Assembly: GCA_951406725.2 (NCBI GenBank)
Contig: OX597816.1
Location: forward strand, 98,580,001-98,644,000
Origin: Octopus vulgaris
Taxonomy: Eukaryota
Direction of reading: 5' to 3'
Length of the DNA: 64,000 bases
Part shown: piece by piece, positions 1 through 14,878 of the stretch
How the letters are laid out: each line of letters opens with the position of its first letter
Position numbering within the stretch: position 1 is the first letter of the stretch
Translations under genes and position numbers: made by a program
Notes under the pieces: model-generated
Seen by the model: only the letters and a program-made list of their open reading frames with translations
Database searches by the model: none
Told to the model about the DNA's origin: nothing

Positions 1-10
1 ATAGATAGAG

Positions 11-64
<54 letters not shown>
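1..64. repeat. (GATA)n microsatellite
   Basis: Tandem ATAG units at the window start. Confidence 0.97.
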
Positions 65-2334
65 TCGAAGATACTGGAGTGAGAGTAAATTTTGAAATCC
101 ATATTCTTTACAAAATTTGTAGCGACAGAAATGGATGGCCTTGCTTAAAATTATGATTGAAATGTTAATTCGCTGTTAAGTTTCCCTGCACTTCATCGTT
201 CTCATCGAGATTTTTGTGATGCATTTCTTATTAATTTCCAGCTCATAATGTAAGCATGTCATTTTATAACTGAAAGACTTGTTGTTTAAAATGATATATG
301 GTACCGTCAGTGACACCCGAGGTATGAAACACAAAATAAGCATATATGCATTACTCATATTGAAAATGTATGGAGAGTTCATTCTTTAAATTATATGCTT
401 CACTGAGTTATCATGCCTGATAATCTGCTTGCATCTTTGACTCAACATCAAATGCGGTATCCTTACGATAGTAACAGGACATTCATTTTACTCTATAATT
501 TATAGATATCTAGACTGGCAGAAATAAGTTCAGCTATTTTACACTGGATGTCATAGGACAGGAAAATGAGATTTGATATAGCTTTTGTGCATACAAAAGA
601 AAAGGAAAAAAATGCTATCTACTTTCATGCCATAGAAATTCTGCTCAATTGAGGAAACTGCCGTAAATCAATCAGAAATAGGAAGAATAATAGGTAAAAC
701 AGCAATTGATTAATTCTACGCTGGCAGATCACAAAATCATGTTTCCCGAAACAGGGTTACAGAAATACATTTTGATACTAACCGGATTTGAACTGGATCC
801 ACTTGTTATTTGGGGTGTGGTTAAGTTAATCATATCTTGCATCCGATTTATATGGATTATCTTTCAGTCAATATACAGAACATTTCTTCAGACGAAAGTG
901 ATTCCCTTTTATTTATCTAACTTCAGTATATATTAATAGCCGTAGTTGTATGTGTTGCCTTGGTTCTGTAAGACTGATAAAAGTAAAACGAATCGAAATT
1001 TGAACGAAGAATGTACATAGAAAATAGCTTTATCCTATATCTTTCGGTTTTCTGCCGTTTGTAGAAGGTTGGCAATCGCTGACTAGACAATGCAATAAAG
1101 GACAACTCACAATTACTCTACATATAATGAAAGCGAGAACAGTTGAATTAACTGGTACATGATAACCACTCACGATGGCTTTCTTGGGCAATCTTTTGCT
1201 AGATAAAATGTCTTGATGTTTACACTAGCATGTAGAGGTTATATATCTTAGTATAGCATAAAATACTACATAATTTTCAGTAACGAAAGATGTTTTAAAA
1301 CATTCTACATTTTGTGTTTTAAATGCAGTTGGCGTTTCTAATGTAATACGAAGCTAATACATTAATTTTGTGGGAGCGTTGAACGTAATACCTAACACTA
1401 TCTCATTCGTGCGTAGCATCTTTGCTATCTTCAATATACACACTTTATGTATATTCATTTCGCCAACTTCTTATTCTAGCGTTTACATTCCTAGGTACAG
1501 TTTAAGTGGTTTCTGAAAGTGATCTTCTATCCGGTTCTATAAGCTCATAACGCGGAACGGATTACAAGGCTTCAGTGACGTCGAATTCAGTTGCAATGAT
1601 GTGTGGGAGAATTTTGTCATAAACACATGGTGTGTATTTGTGTTAATTTGTGAATGTGGTATAGTGTCAATTTGACAGTCTCTGTTATATTTTGAGGAGA
1701 CAGATATGTGTGATAGTGATGCCAATGTTTATACTTTAAAAGGTTTTGAAAATGAGGGCGTGTAGTCATTATTCTATTATTTTTCTGAGTAACATCATTA
1801 TTATGCTATTACCTATCTTTAGGTATATCACTACTATGTTGGTGAGGGGAGTTTGAAAAGGTGTCTAGAATCATTCTTTCTGATCCTATGAATTTTAGGT
1901 GTGTTTTTGTAATAACTGCTTGGCTTTTAGTTCTTTTCATTTTTATAACTTTCTACTTTTCTAACATGATTAAAATATGTTACGTGTTTCAAATATTTCC
2001 TTTTAGGGTTTTCTGTAGTTATCAGGGTTATAAAATTTTCGGAACATTCATTTTAAAAGCATCAAAGCCCGATGCAAAATATACTCTACGGTTCACAGCT
2101 CAATTATGCATACAACACACACACACACACACATACACATACACACACATATATACAGTACAGTGCACAAGACTTAGGTCACTTTAAACTATTGTAAATT
2201 TCTACTAATTGCCAACTTATAAGTGGATGTTTCACATTGCATTTTTTATGGATGAAACATTGGCCCTGTTGGAGTCATCTCCATACATAATCATTATATT
2301 TTGTTATAGGGGTTCTGAAAGGTAGGGGAAGCTT

Positions 2335-2530
2335 CATGACGACCGCTCAAAATGGCCGACTTACACACATTCTTTATTTTCTCTTCTTGTTTATTTCTGT
2401 GTCCCTTTCTGTGGAATAGCGTAGGCTCGAACCGTTAAAGACCTTTTCACTTCCGGAGTGTTAAACTAATATATCTGTTTGTTGTCTAAATCACCTCTCT
2501 TCGTCTTTTTTTTTTGTGAATTCCCCACCC
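2335..2530 (+). mobile_element. Short interspersed element with a hammerhead-like motif (Penelope pseudo-LTR-like), followed by (TA)n
   Basis: Clearly homologous to 6940-7135 (tgtgtccctt..ctgt.g.a.agcgtaggctcgaa.c; ctaata.atctgtttgtt; cttcgtctttt). Contains cttt-CTGTGGA-atagc gtag gctc-GAAC-cgtt-aaag. Confidence 0.6.
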
Positions 2531-4837
2531 CATGTATATATATGTATATATATATATATATATATATGATCTAATGCTTCCGATTAATTATATAATTATA
2601 TAATTATAGATTTATTGTTAAAAAAAGCTGTTATAATGTCTTTTCGTTTTTTCTTTTACATTGGTTTACATCATCAATAGAATTCTTATCAAGAGAGGGT
2701 AAATTTGTATGTCCAAACCACGTGATGTAGTTTATATTAAATTCCGTTCGATTAAACCAAACGAGCATTGCATCTGTGCCCTAGAGAGCTCAACGTACAG
2801 TGTTTTAGCATCTTTTCATCTCGTACGGCGTTTGCAATATTTGAGAGGAATGTTTCTTTACATCCATTACCTATCTTTCGATGGGCATGCTAAGCCTTGC
2901 AATTCTGGCTCCTGATTATTGATATTATATGGAAAATTAACTTATCCTGCATACATAGCAATTTTCGATGAATGTAGAATAAAATTTAAGAAAAGTTTTA
3001 CTGCAACTAATTGCTACCTCAGGCGATTTGCGTTACTCCTAAGGGTTTAGTTGCATAGCATATGCAGAAATGGAGAGTGAGAAATGGAGCTGAAAGCGAA
3101 TTGCTGTCGATAATAATGGCATATGGGTGAGGGTGAATACATCTTGTGTACATTTTCCTTTAACCCAATATATTTAATGTTATACAAAACTACCGGCCAA
3201 AAATCTGAGACTTTTACCATATGCGTAGACTATACAGACCCTTTATGATTGTATAGTGTTGATCTGTAAAGAACTATGAGATCCAAAACATATAGTTACT
3301 CTCACCGTACAATGTAACAAATAACAGATATTACAATAAACATACTTCAAATTATGTTGAAATAATGTTAAATGTTTGAAATTCTATCTTCATTTCTTTG
3401 AGGATATCTAACAATTTCTGACAGATTGATCCCCCGAAGAATTTGTAAGATATGTGATACATGTTTTCTAGTACATGTACACACTTTTAACTCCTAATTA
3501 GCAAACGAAACGTTTGTAAGAGCGAAAAAATATTACTAAAAATTAGTGCCAAAATTACTTTTTTACAGTCTGCTGTTTTGGTATATAATTACTCTTCAGA
3601 GACTTCCAGTATTATGAACACATATGCAATACTCACAGACATATGATATCTATAAATAGATTTAAAATATTCGAATAAGCAAATGTACTTCGAGGTGTTC
3701 TAACCTAATATATATCATATACATATAAATATATATGCATATTTGTGTGTGTATAATGAAACGCCGTATCATGGTAGTTATCGAAGTACCACTGTGCGTT
3801 GTTGCTAAGCAATGTTTGCATTATCTAATCCTCATGCACAAACGAATGCATACACACATACAGACACACATACAGTGACTGCACTGTTTTGTACCAATGA
3901 TATGTATCCTGTCTCTTGGCGATGATCAGCATTTCTGTAGATCAGCTACTACAGTAATATTACTATTCTCTGGTGGAGTGTACAAAAATCTATGGATGAA
4001 TACACCGTTTGATACATTATCTTTTTTATTTTATACGTGTGTTTCTTGAATATTCGGACATTTATTGTAAATGACAAACAAGCTTCTGCAGTGATTGCTG
4101 CTTGAAAAGATTTCCAAAACAACACTACGTTAAAATATAATCTCCAGTAAACTACTACAGATTCAGTAGAAGATTCAAATGCAATGTGGATGACGTTTGT
4201 CTGTTGTGACTCTTTAATCTCCATATCACTTGAGTGACCTGAAAGTAATATGTTAATCACGACGATATTGTTATTAAAAGAATACATAGAGGACAGTTAG
4301 AATAATGGGTTGCAGCAATTTTATAGATCGACTATTAGTGGCATTTGTCTCAAGATATTTTTGATTACCAAAGTCCAATCGATTGGTTTCACAGATAAAG
4401 AACTACATCATTCGAACACGAATTTTTAAACTTTTATTCTTTGTTAGAGATTTTGAAAACAATATCAGCTTCTTTTTTTTTTTCCTACTTGTTCTAAAAT
4501 ACTTTTAATGTTTCAATATTTATTGAAAAATAAATTCAGCATAAAAGATTATTTTTCATACAGATTTTAAACGGTTCACAAAAGGTTATTAAATAGAGAA
4601 TGAGGAGTCATCTTTCTTATTATTGAAACGTACGTGTAAATTTTATTTTATTACATCAACATTACTATATCAACGAAAAACACTATGAAGCTGCAGTCTT
4701 TTAAATGAATTTATACATTTTTAAGCATATACTTGTCTACACACAAACAGACACAGGCACATCCAAAGACTTTATTTTGTACAATATTTACATTATTTAC
4801 ATTTGACGGATATTTGTCCTCGTCTTGTTTGTTGTTA

Positions 4838-4881
4838 ACACAACTTTTCGGCTGATATACCCTCCAGCCTTCGTCAGGTAT
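4838..4881 (-). ncRNA. Minimal type I hammerhead ribozyme motif
   Basis: Minus strand reads atac-CTGACGA-a-ggctg gagggtatat cagcc-GAAA-agtt-gtgt. Core, stem II and stem I are present. The stem III palindrome (ACGT in the other copy) is mutated. Confidence 0.7.
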
Positions 4882-4917
4882 CTAGGGAAAATTCGAACAT
4901 GGGTTCTCAGTCCTGAG

Positions 4918-5074
<157 letters not shown>

Positions 5075-5081
5075 CATCATT

Positions 5082-5161
<80 letters not shown>

Positions 5162-5220
5162 CAACAACAACATCGAAAAATACCTTAGGAATGGGAACCT
5201 AGGTTCGAAATTTCCCCAAC

Positions 5221-5264
5221 ACACCTGATAAAGGCTGGAAGGTATATCAGTTGAAACGTTATGT
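5221..5264 (+). ncRNA. Minimal type I hammerhead ribozyme motif, decayed
   Basis: acac-CTGATAA-a-ggctg gaaggtatat cagtt-GAAA-cgtt-atgt. One core substitution (G8>A). ACGT palindromic stem III. Confidence 0.65.
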
Positions 5265-6558
5265 TAACAACAATCAAGATGAGGACAAATATACCTCAAC
5301 TGTAGAAATAATGTAAATAATGTACATAATTCCTCATCTCTTAAATATAGAACTGTACTTTTGTGAACCAATGAGATCATTAATAGAATTTCTGAAGGAC
5401 CCTCAAGGTACTTATATACTTATAAATGCAATTTGCACAATGCAGAGAGAATGAATGCGAATAAACCTTATCCAAATTAATAATCATAATTTCCCTTAAG
5501 GTATGGATGGATTAAAGTTAGCTCTAGCCGCACCATTCTTATAAACACAAGGTAGATATTTAATTCGCTGTGTGAGCGTATGTGCACCAAGACATGTATA
5601 TACGTAAGTTTATATCTTCGTGGATGTTTGTAAGAGCGAGTGTACGTGCTCCATACAACATAACTGTAGGCATTTATACATCCATATCATTTAACTGTTA
5701 TATTTAATACATTTTTCGCTGTATTGTATGTTCGTTTCTGTTAGCATCTGTTATTTATTATTGGTCTTCTATAAACATGAAGCTGTATCCCTTAAATTGC
5801 TGCTTTTCTATACGGAAACGAGAAGATATTTTACGGAGCTGGTTATTTTAAAGAGATACATCTTGTAATCACCTGAAGAAGCACGTCTACATCAACAGAT
5901 AAGCCTAAATGAGTTGTTAAGTATATCACCCGTGGGGGATCGATGACACATTGGTCGAATTAATTTGAGTGATTACTAAACATACTTGTATCTTCCATCT
6001 TCCATCTCCCTCATTAATCATATATATATATATATATATATATATGCAGGCATAAATACAGCATGCAAACACTTACAATTTGTTGCTCAGACCAGCATTA
6101 CTCTAGTTTCGCACTCATAGGCAAGGTATGGCTATTCATATGAGACGTTATTAGATGTCAACGCAACAATGATCTCTTACGGACGACTACTTTTCATCAA
6201 TTTATGTATATATAAACTTATATTGCATATATTATCTAGTCCTGATCATATTGTCGATATTCTCAATAAATGAAGGAGCCAGCGGCTATTCACTCCCAGT
6301 AATTGTGCTCATGCCATTTTCCTAGTTCCGAGACTTAAAGAAGTGGACATTTTGTTAAATTAGCTACATCTCTGGAACAGAATAATGGTATATGCTAGGT
6401 GATTCTTTTCTTCAAATTTGTGTAGTTTGAAGGCCACCATAACTTTAAAAAGTAGGGGCCTGTCACTACACTGATGCGTTGGTGTCGGGAGTTGCTGTTT
6501 CGGCTTCAGATTCATGTCTGGTATGGCATGTTTTATTCTAAGATGCCCGTCGTGGGAT

Positions 6559-6800
<242 letters not shown>

Positions 6801-6939
6801 TAAACGCACACGTCCACACCACCAGCCCTCTTTCACACGCACATACATATTCTCTTATACACACACGCACCTTCGTGTTGGAGGTCATCTTTACTTTGTT
6901 ATTTCCCCTACTTTCCCTCTTGTGTGGGACCCTTCTGTC

Positions 6940-7135
6940 CGAGTCGCCATGATAGATCGTTAGCCACTACACATATTTTTTTTCTCTCCTTGCTTTTTTT
7001 GTGTCCCTTCCTGTAGGAGAGCGTAGGCTCGAAACATAACTACTTTTTTTCTATTCCTGAGCGTTATACTAATACATCTGTTTGTTTTGTACACCACCTG
7101 CCTTCGTCTTTTGTTTTTTTCGTAAACTCTCCCTA
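6940..7135 (+). mobile_element. Second copy of the short hammerhead-like element family (cf. 2335-2530)
   Basis: Shared motifs with 2335-2530. Contains CTGTAGG-agagc gtag gctc-GAAA-cata and ends in a short (TA)n just before the LINE. Confidence 0.6.
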
Positions 7136-7143
7136 TATATATA

Positions 7144-7915
7144 GATGACACGCTTGATGCCATCTTTGACAACGAACAAAGTAAAGATGGCAAGGATGGA
7201 GGCACGAGTGCTGATGAAAGATGTCACCCCCACTTGGTAGACACCCAGGACAACAACCAAGAAGATAATTCAAGTGAGAAACCTGCCCGGGAAGTAAACC
7301 CAAGTGCAAGTGCCCCTACCAGCACCAAAGGCCAAAACCATGGAGATGAAAGAGCCAAAAAGGAAGTAAAAGGAGGAAAAACTCAAAGAAAAAACAAAGG
7401 ATGAAACAGCCAAAGAAGGAAAAACTAAAATTCAAACAAAACCAAAAGATGAAATAGCCAAGGATAGAAGCAAACCTGACTATCAATGTACCAAAAAGGA
7501 TAGAAAGAGACAGCGCACACGGATGTGTAAATTCTACCTGAAAGGTGTCTGCTGGCATGGAGAGGAAGGTGCAGACTGCCATTTTGCACACCAAAAACCC
7601 CGCCACATAAACATGAAACAGGGCAGAAACCAACTACCAAAAGGAAAAGGAATGGACCACGCCCCACCTGCCCCAAAATGGAGGTACGGAGATGTGGTGC
7701 GTGCTACAAACCGCCAACATGTTATTGAAAGGGCGGCTGCTGAACAAGAATCTTTTTTGTGCATGGCACAAAAGATTGTACAGCAGCTAACCTGGCTCCA
7801 TCAAACTCAATCTCGCAGATGGGACTATCTACAATATACAAGACCGCCACAGCAAATAGACCCATGGTGGACACCACCGGCAACAGCATACTCATCACCT
7901 CGATGCTCCTACTGA
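7144..7915 (+). pseudogene. LINE ORF1 remnant: Lys/Glu-rich region plus C3H1 zinc finger
   Basis: CKFYLKGVCWHGEEGADCHFAH (C-x7-C-x8-C-x3-H) at 7523+. The upstream low-complexity part is frameshifted. It overlaps the start of ORF2. Confidence 0.7.
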
Positions 7916-10847
7916 ACATCAGAGGACTGCTAACACTCAGTAACAGGACAAAAATCCCGTTCTTGAGAGACTTTGTTGCATGCAATCAAGCCTTATGCAT
8001 AGCACTTACGGAAACACACCTGAAACCGGACATAGCAGATGCGGAAATACACATACCACAGTATGTTGTATTACGGACCGACAGAAAAGAAAGGAGTCAT
8101 GGAGGAGTTGCTATGTACAGGACCCCACACCACAGGTCCTTTTGTCATACTCAAATTCGGTGTGTGACACACTAATTGTACATATAAGGCAATTTGGTGT
8201 AGTTATATGTGCTACATATCGCCCTCCAGATGCCCCAAGCCATGTAGGCAAGTTTGAAGCCTGCCTTATAAAAATAGAAGAAGTTCTAGTCACATTAGAA
8301 CAACACATAAGTGTACTTCTTATGGGAGACTTCAATCTACCCAATTTCAGATGGCCCGAGAGCCTTTCTCTCCCAGGAATGACACGATGTGAACGAGGAC
8401 AGGCGAGGTCCCTCCTGAACCACATCAACAATCTGTACATGGAGCAAGTAATACTCCAACCAACCAGGGCAGGTAACATACTGGATCTCTGCTTCACAAA
8501 TAATATGGATCTCATCCAAAATGTGAAAGTGACACCGACACTACTCTCGGATCACAACATGGTAGACCTGACCATGTAAGGGCCAAAGGAAAGCATGGAC
8601 ATGCAGCCTACAAGAAACACTCAGAATCTTTCCAGTTTGAACTTCCATAAGGCAAACTGGAAACAAATTGAGAAAGAGATCCTCAAACAAAATTGGCCTG
8701 AATGTCTCTCTCTCCTCGCCAGATATCGACATGAAACTTCAACAATTCATGTCTGTAATGCAAGCCATATGCTACAAATGTGTCCCAGAGAGAAAGGCCA
8801 CTGTACACAAGAACAAAATCCCCGGAGAGAGGAAAATTCTAATGAGACGGCGTACAAAGGTTTCAAATCGCCTAAACAAACAAATTGAAAGCAGTGAAAA
8901 GTCCCGCCTGAAAATATAACTGTTGGAAATGTCTGCAACTCTCCCATGAAAAACAAAGAGCAGACAAAGAAGCCTGGGCTATAGACAACATAAACTCTAA
9001 CCCCAGAGCTTTCTACATGTATGCCAAAGAAACAGCTACGGTGCACTGTAGGATAGGGCCACTCCTTGAAAAGGATGGCACACTCACAGGAAATCCAATG
9101 AGGATAAGTGAAATACTGATTGAGCAATTCAAGAGTATTTTCACTTCACTCCTTGGGCATTTTCAAGTCAGCAATCCAACTGACTTCTTTCCCACTGCAG
9201 ATATAAAATCAGAGGCAGCGATGATTGATTACATCAATATAAAGGAAGACGATGTAATAAAGGCTATAGATGAAATGAAAACAAACTCAGCTACTGGCCC
9301 CGATGGATTCCCAGCAATCCTTCTAAAAGTATGTAAGAGAGTCCTAGCAAGACCACTGCAGTTCCTCTTTCAGAGCTTCTTTGCAACTGGCAAACTTCCA
9401 AGAAAACTGAAGGAAGGTAAAATATGCCCTATTCATAAAGGAGGTAGCAGAGCGCAGGCCAAGAACTACAGACCTATCTCTCTGACTTCACACAGCAAGA
9501 TCATGGACCGAATAGTCAGAAGGAAACTAATCACCTTCCTTGAAGAAAATGACTTGCTGCCTGACACCCAACATGGTTTCCGACCAGGAAGAAGCTGCTT
9601 AACTCAGCTCCTACAACACTATGACTGGGTGCTGAAACGACTGCTCAACCACTCAAATGTGGAAGTCATATATCTCGACTTTGCAAAGGCCTTTGATAAA
9701 GTCGATCATGGAATGATATGTCACAAACTGCGTGATCTTGGCATAGTTGGAAAATTGGGAGAATGGCTTCATGACTTTCTGAAGGATAGAAGTCAGGTGG
9801 TAGTAGCCAATGGGGCCACTTCCATTAACACGCAAATAGTGAGCGGTGTTCCCCAGGGCACTGTTTTGGGACCACTACTGTTCATAATGGCCCTCTCAGA
9901 CATGCCCTCAGCCACGTAGAGAGCCACGAACACAAGTTATGCAGATGATACAAAAGTTTCACAGGCAATACAGAGCCTGAACACACTAAGCACCTGCAAC
10001 GTGAGCTGCACAATATATACAAGTGGGCTGAAAAGAATAGCATGCAGTTCAATGCCGAAAAGTTTCAAGCTTTATGCTATCAGCATGCAAAACTAAATGC
10101 AATACCCAATGAATACACTGGAACTGGAGGGATTGCAATCCCAGAGGCACAATCAGTGCGAGACCTGGGTATTTACATGAGTGATGATGCAACCTTTCAT
10201 GTACATGTTGCTAAATTGGCAATGAAATGTAGGTGGCTGACCGGATGGATTCTTAGAACTTTAGAACAAGAGACCAGGAAACCATGTTGGTCCTCTGGAG
10301 GACACTTGTCCTAAGCCACTTTGTTTATTGCTCTCAGCCATGGTCACCATCCAGTGTCAAGTTAATCACAGGACTTGAGGCGATCCAACGAAGCTACAGG
10401 AAGAAGATAGCCTCTGTGCAGCATATAAGCTACTGGGAAAGACTCAAGGGACTAAAACTCTATTCCTTAGAGCGTAGGTGAGAAAGATATGCCATAATAT
10501 ACATCTGGAAGATCCTAGAAGGACTTGTCCCAAACTTTGGCATCGAGAGTTACACAAATGCCAGAACTGGGCGCCACTGCATAGTGCCAATGACTCCAAA
10601 TTTGCCATCAAGATGTAGGACGAGATACTGTGATAGCCTGGGCTTCCGAGGCCCACAGCTCTTCAAAATCCTCCCGAAGAACCTAAGAGACCTGCATGGG
10701 GTGGAAGCAGATGTCTTTAAAATAAAACTGGATCTCTTCTTGTCAGGTGTCCCAGATGAACCAACGTCACGGCAGGAGGTGCAGATGAGGGCAGCTGCAT
10801 CGAACACTCTCATGCACCAAATGGCAGTTGCTAAAAAGCATTCGTGA
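7890..10847 (+). pseudogene. LINE ORF2: apurinic endonuclease plus reverse transcriptase, disrupted
   Basis: EN motifs LLNIRGL, ALTETHL, YRPP, GDFNLP, LDLCFTN, SDHNMV. RT motifs GPDG, YRPISLTS, QHGFRPGRSC, YLDFAKAFDKV, GVPQGTVLGPLLF, then YADD after the stop at 9919. C-terminal LYSLERR. Confidence 0.92.
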
Positions 10848-11039
10848 AGTAAAATCATGTAGCAACACCAAATGGCGGTGCCCCAGCATGGCCTCAGCTT
10901 GTGAGCTGAAACTAGATAACAAAAAATCAATTTGATATGCCTTCAGAATTCCAGTTTGAACTGCAGTTGAAGATGTGATTTTGTGATTGCTTTTCTAAAG
11001 AAGCTAGAAATTGCTACCCTTTGAGCCAGTAGGTTTAGA

Positions 11040-11580
11040 TTAAAACAGAAATAAAAAAGCAAATGGTTTGACAAAACTTGACAAGGCTATTTAATTTAGC
11101 TATATAACAAAAAGGTATACATAGTCTCTAACAGCTGTTTCTTGAATATCCCAGCAACTGGAACATTGTTTCAAGTGAATATTCCGTAGGCTGAGTATCA
11201 GAGAGGAAGAGGTCAAATAGATGTAACAGAGGAGGAAGGCTACTCATCAATGATATCATTGTAGCGCATTTTGTTACAAAAGAGGAGAGAAATCCAATTA
11301 AAGATCCAATTAAAATTGCAATTGATTTCAATTAAAAGTCCAATTTCCATTTATCTTTCCACTGTTACTCCTACTGTATATTTCAATGGGAAAGCATTAA
11401 AAGCGGTATCCTCTTTTAGTTATCTTGATTCCATTGTGTTAAATGATGCTAAGATGAATAAAGAAATTAAACCCAGAATTGGGAAGGCTAGCTCCAATTT
11501 CAGTAAGCTTTATCATAGGTTTTGGAACAGCCACGATGTATCATTGAAGGATTAACTGAAGAGCCTATGCCTACGCCATA
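11040..11580 (+). mobile_element. RTE-clade LINE fragments
   Basis: FSYLDSIVLNDAKMNKEIKPRIGKASSNFSKLYHRFWNSHDVSLK resembles the post-RT region of RTE/BovB-like ORF2. Confidence 0.7.
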
Positions 11581-12099
11581 TTGTCTCCCCTAAACTAGTC
11601 AGCAAGAAACAAAGGTCCTGAATACATTGGAATAGCTGATGTTTCACTTGCTAAGGATGGAAGTTCACTCGGTCCATTTCGTGTTAGAAATCATCGGGAT
11701 TCGAGCCCAAAATACTTAGCTTCTCATTCGCGGACATGAGCTGAGTTTTGCCACATTTATACACTGACTGTATCAAATTCAAACCATATTTCCTAGCTCT
11801 TATCGTCCATGGAGTTGCATTGATCACGAATAGATTAGGTTTGGACACCTGACTAATGGAATGCCGTCGGACTCTGTTTCGCACCATCATTTGTGGAAAT
11901 TTCACTATACCTAAATACAACGAACTAGTTGAATGTAAAGGCAAGGGCCTTCGCTAGAAATATCTACGCAAAGCCAAAAATCATGCTAATTGATTCTTCA
12001 GACATATTTCCTGGATTAGGAAATCATGGAAACATTTCATATATGTTTGACGTGGCAATTTTAACAATTACTATAATCAAGGATTATCTTTTGGGGTGA

Positions 12100-12460
12100 A
12101 ATATCAGGGGTGTGCGCGGATCGTTGTAACTGTACTCACGCATTCGTGCAGTACGTTATCGAAAAAAGTGTTTGTTAAGCTAGTTAAGCTACCCGTCAAC
12201 ACCTTCGTGAAGTTCATTTCACTGCTATTCCTTTAACGTGAGTAGCGAAGCAGGTCAGGTTATTCTTCCTAATGCTATGGCCGAAACGGTTCTCTTACCA
12301 GTCAAATTTGCAAAGAAATAGAGGATACACTTTAAAATTCGGTCAAGCCCTCATCCGCTTCGTTAAGTTCCAGCTGGAAAGAGAAGTCGGTGTTGGGAGT
12401 AAGTGGTTTTCTCAAGTGATTTTATTAAAAAAGTGGATGACTGAGGTAAAAATGATTACA
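12100..12460 (+). mobile_element. Probable Tx1/L1-clade LINE 3' fragment, highly decayed
   Basis: TVLTHSC/HAFVQ-like CCHC-knuckle remnant at about 12120-12150 and GQALIRFVKFQLER, which resembles Tx1 ORF2 C-termini. Confidence 0.35.
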
Positions 12461-12653
12461 GAGGATGGAACTACTCGATGATATTCTGTTTATACTCTAG
12501 GTGATGTCGATAGTGATGCACTCCTAAATTATCCCTCTTAGAAGCTCTACTCTGTTAGGAAACTGTGTCATACGTATACCTTTTTCGTATACTATATATA
12601 TATTCATATTATTTTAACATCCTTTTCATTCTCACCCGAATTTATTTAAAACC

Positions 12654-12656
<3 letters not shown>

Positions 12657-12736
<80 letters not shown>
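12657..12736. repeat. (TA)n microsatellite
   Basis: Perfect TA run. Confidence 0.97.
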
Positions 12737-12739
<3 letters not shown>

Positions 12740-14847
12740 ATATTTGTCTCCGCAACTTCCGTGCCTCATCCTCTACTCCTGTAGCGTATATTATTATTAT
12801 GGTAGATGAACAGAATCGCTGGAAGGACGCAGAAAATGCATTGCATTATTTCGTATGGGCCTTTAGATCTATGTTCGATTTCTGCCGAAGTCAACTTTGC
12901 CTTTTTACTTTCCATGGGTTAATAGTAAACTAAAATGCTAGGCAAATGCTGAGACCATCCATCAAACTTGTTGGCTCTCGGTCTAAATAAAACAAAATCT
13001 TTTATAGCTATGTGTGGCTATAGAAGTGGTGGCATTATTGTCAGTTGTTGATGTAGTAGTAGTTTCTTTTTGTATATGTATTCATCTAACTACAAGTATC
13101 ATGACTTTTCGTCACGCACTCGAAGACTGTTAATCTTTCTCTGTTAAATGTCTTACTAGTTGAAATCTCTTGTTTTAACTTTATTCTTTTATTCTTGTTG
13201 TGATGCATTTTTATCACAAATGTCTGTATGATTCTAAGGCGTGAGTTTGTAATGATGTATAATGTGTATAATGTAGTTTATAATACATTTTTCTCTCTGT
13301 ATCCAACCAATACAATGTGTGTAGAGCTTTGACACACATATTTCAATTATAAGAATGTTTTTATTTACATAATGATAAAGACAATGGCAAAACTGACTTT
13401 GTTACAAAGATAACGACATGATAAATGACAAACGAAATACAACATATATGAAAGGGAATTTAGAAACTTCAAAATTGTTTAAGTAAGCAGTAAATATGCC
13501 AAGTACGATCAAATGAGATAGTAGCACACAAGATTTTGACATTTTTATCAAATGTATGGTAATAATTCAGATTTAAGAGGATAAACTTCATACAGATCTT
13601 AAAAAAATATAACGGTCGGTTGGTGCCTTCCTTCGCACTCAAATATGAATAAACATTGAAAACAACAATAAATTATAAGTCAATAATGAAATCAAATACT
13701 CCTGGACGCCCAAGACTTGACTGATAGAAGCACCACCGTTATAGTATATTTACTGCAGAATCTATCAAACTACTTTGCTTGTACCATGAGCTTTTAACTC
13801 TAACTAGTTTCAAAAGTTAATTAGGGTTAAAAAAATCTCAGAACATTTTTTCTCTTTCTGTTAAGATACAGGATTTCGGAAATGTCTTCGTTACATACTT
13901 TACAACGCTGACTGGCCTTTATCACACAACTTCCCTCATTGACTATGCCACAATCTAATGAATTATTTAATTATATGCATAGATATTCCAACCACTCACA
14001 TATTTTTCATATATCTTACAGTCTAATATTTCTCATAAGATTTTGCTTAAAAAAAAGATTGTGGCCAATGCAACGAATATTACAACCAAGGCTTGGGCAG
14101 AAGACGCTCCAAGAAGGAAATACACTCTTGCCCAACAAAAGAATTTAAATGAGGAAAACGTCAATGTCATTTACTAATTCCTATTCAATTTAGACTTAAA
14201 TTCAAAAAAAATTTAAACTGAGAAATCATTTGAACCGCTCCCAGTGGCCTATATCTTCTTATGAGCCCTAGTATTCTCATGTGCATATATTCATCGTTTT
14301 CACATCTTTGATTCATAAAAATTTTACAAAAGAGCGCGTGTTGCGCGCACCCACGATCCAAACACACACATATGCCAACACACACACATGTACACAGGCA
14401 CACACAGAAACACACACAGACGTACAGATACGCACAGATACGCACGCACACAGACACACATCTATATAACTCTTTAGCCTGAATATTTTGAAAATAGGAT
14501 CTGAACAACTACTAGCGAATCTCATACAAGTGATGCTATTTTGAAAATTAATTTCTCGGGGATAATTTACGCGTTTCGTGAAATATGTTCTTGGTCGATT
14601 ATTTCATGCAAAACTTTTGATATATTTACTATTTGTCGTTCACATAGAATACTTTATCAAATTTTAAGGTACTTGATGTGGATTATTAAACTTAAATAGA
14701 TAAATATATATATTTAGGTAGTGTCATTTGAATGATTCAGAACTAAAATTATCTGAAGTGAACATTTCATATAGACGAATCACGTGGTATTTGATATATG
14801 TGTGTATGTGTGTGTGTGCACGTGTACGTGCGTATGTGCATGTATAT

Positions 14848-14878
<31 letters not shown>

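Larger units (their letters stand above)
7144..10926 (+). mobile_element. CR1/L2-group non-LTR retrotransposon, nearly full length, inactivated
   Basis: ORF1 remnant with a CCCH finger, APE endonuclease motifs, RT motifs, CR1-type C-terminus, and a 3' stem-loop with an A-rich tail. Multiple stops and frameshifts. Confidence 0.93.

Noticed and set aside
720-1230. Possible piggyBac transposase C-terminal remnant on the minus strand (DARYD*LNH; YRIKLF)
   Set aside because: Similarity is too fragmentary to support by eye.
3949-4240. Minus-strand ORF following an acceptor-like ttactttcag
   Set aside because: No recognisable homology, no clear donor, and AT-rich composition like the flanks.
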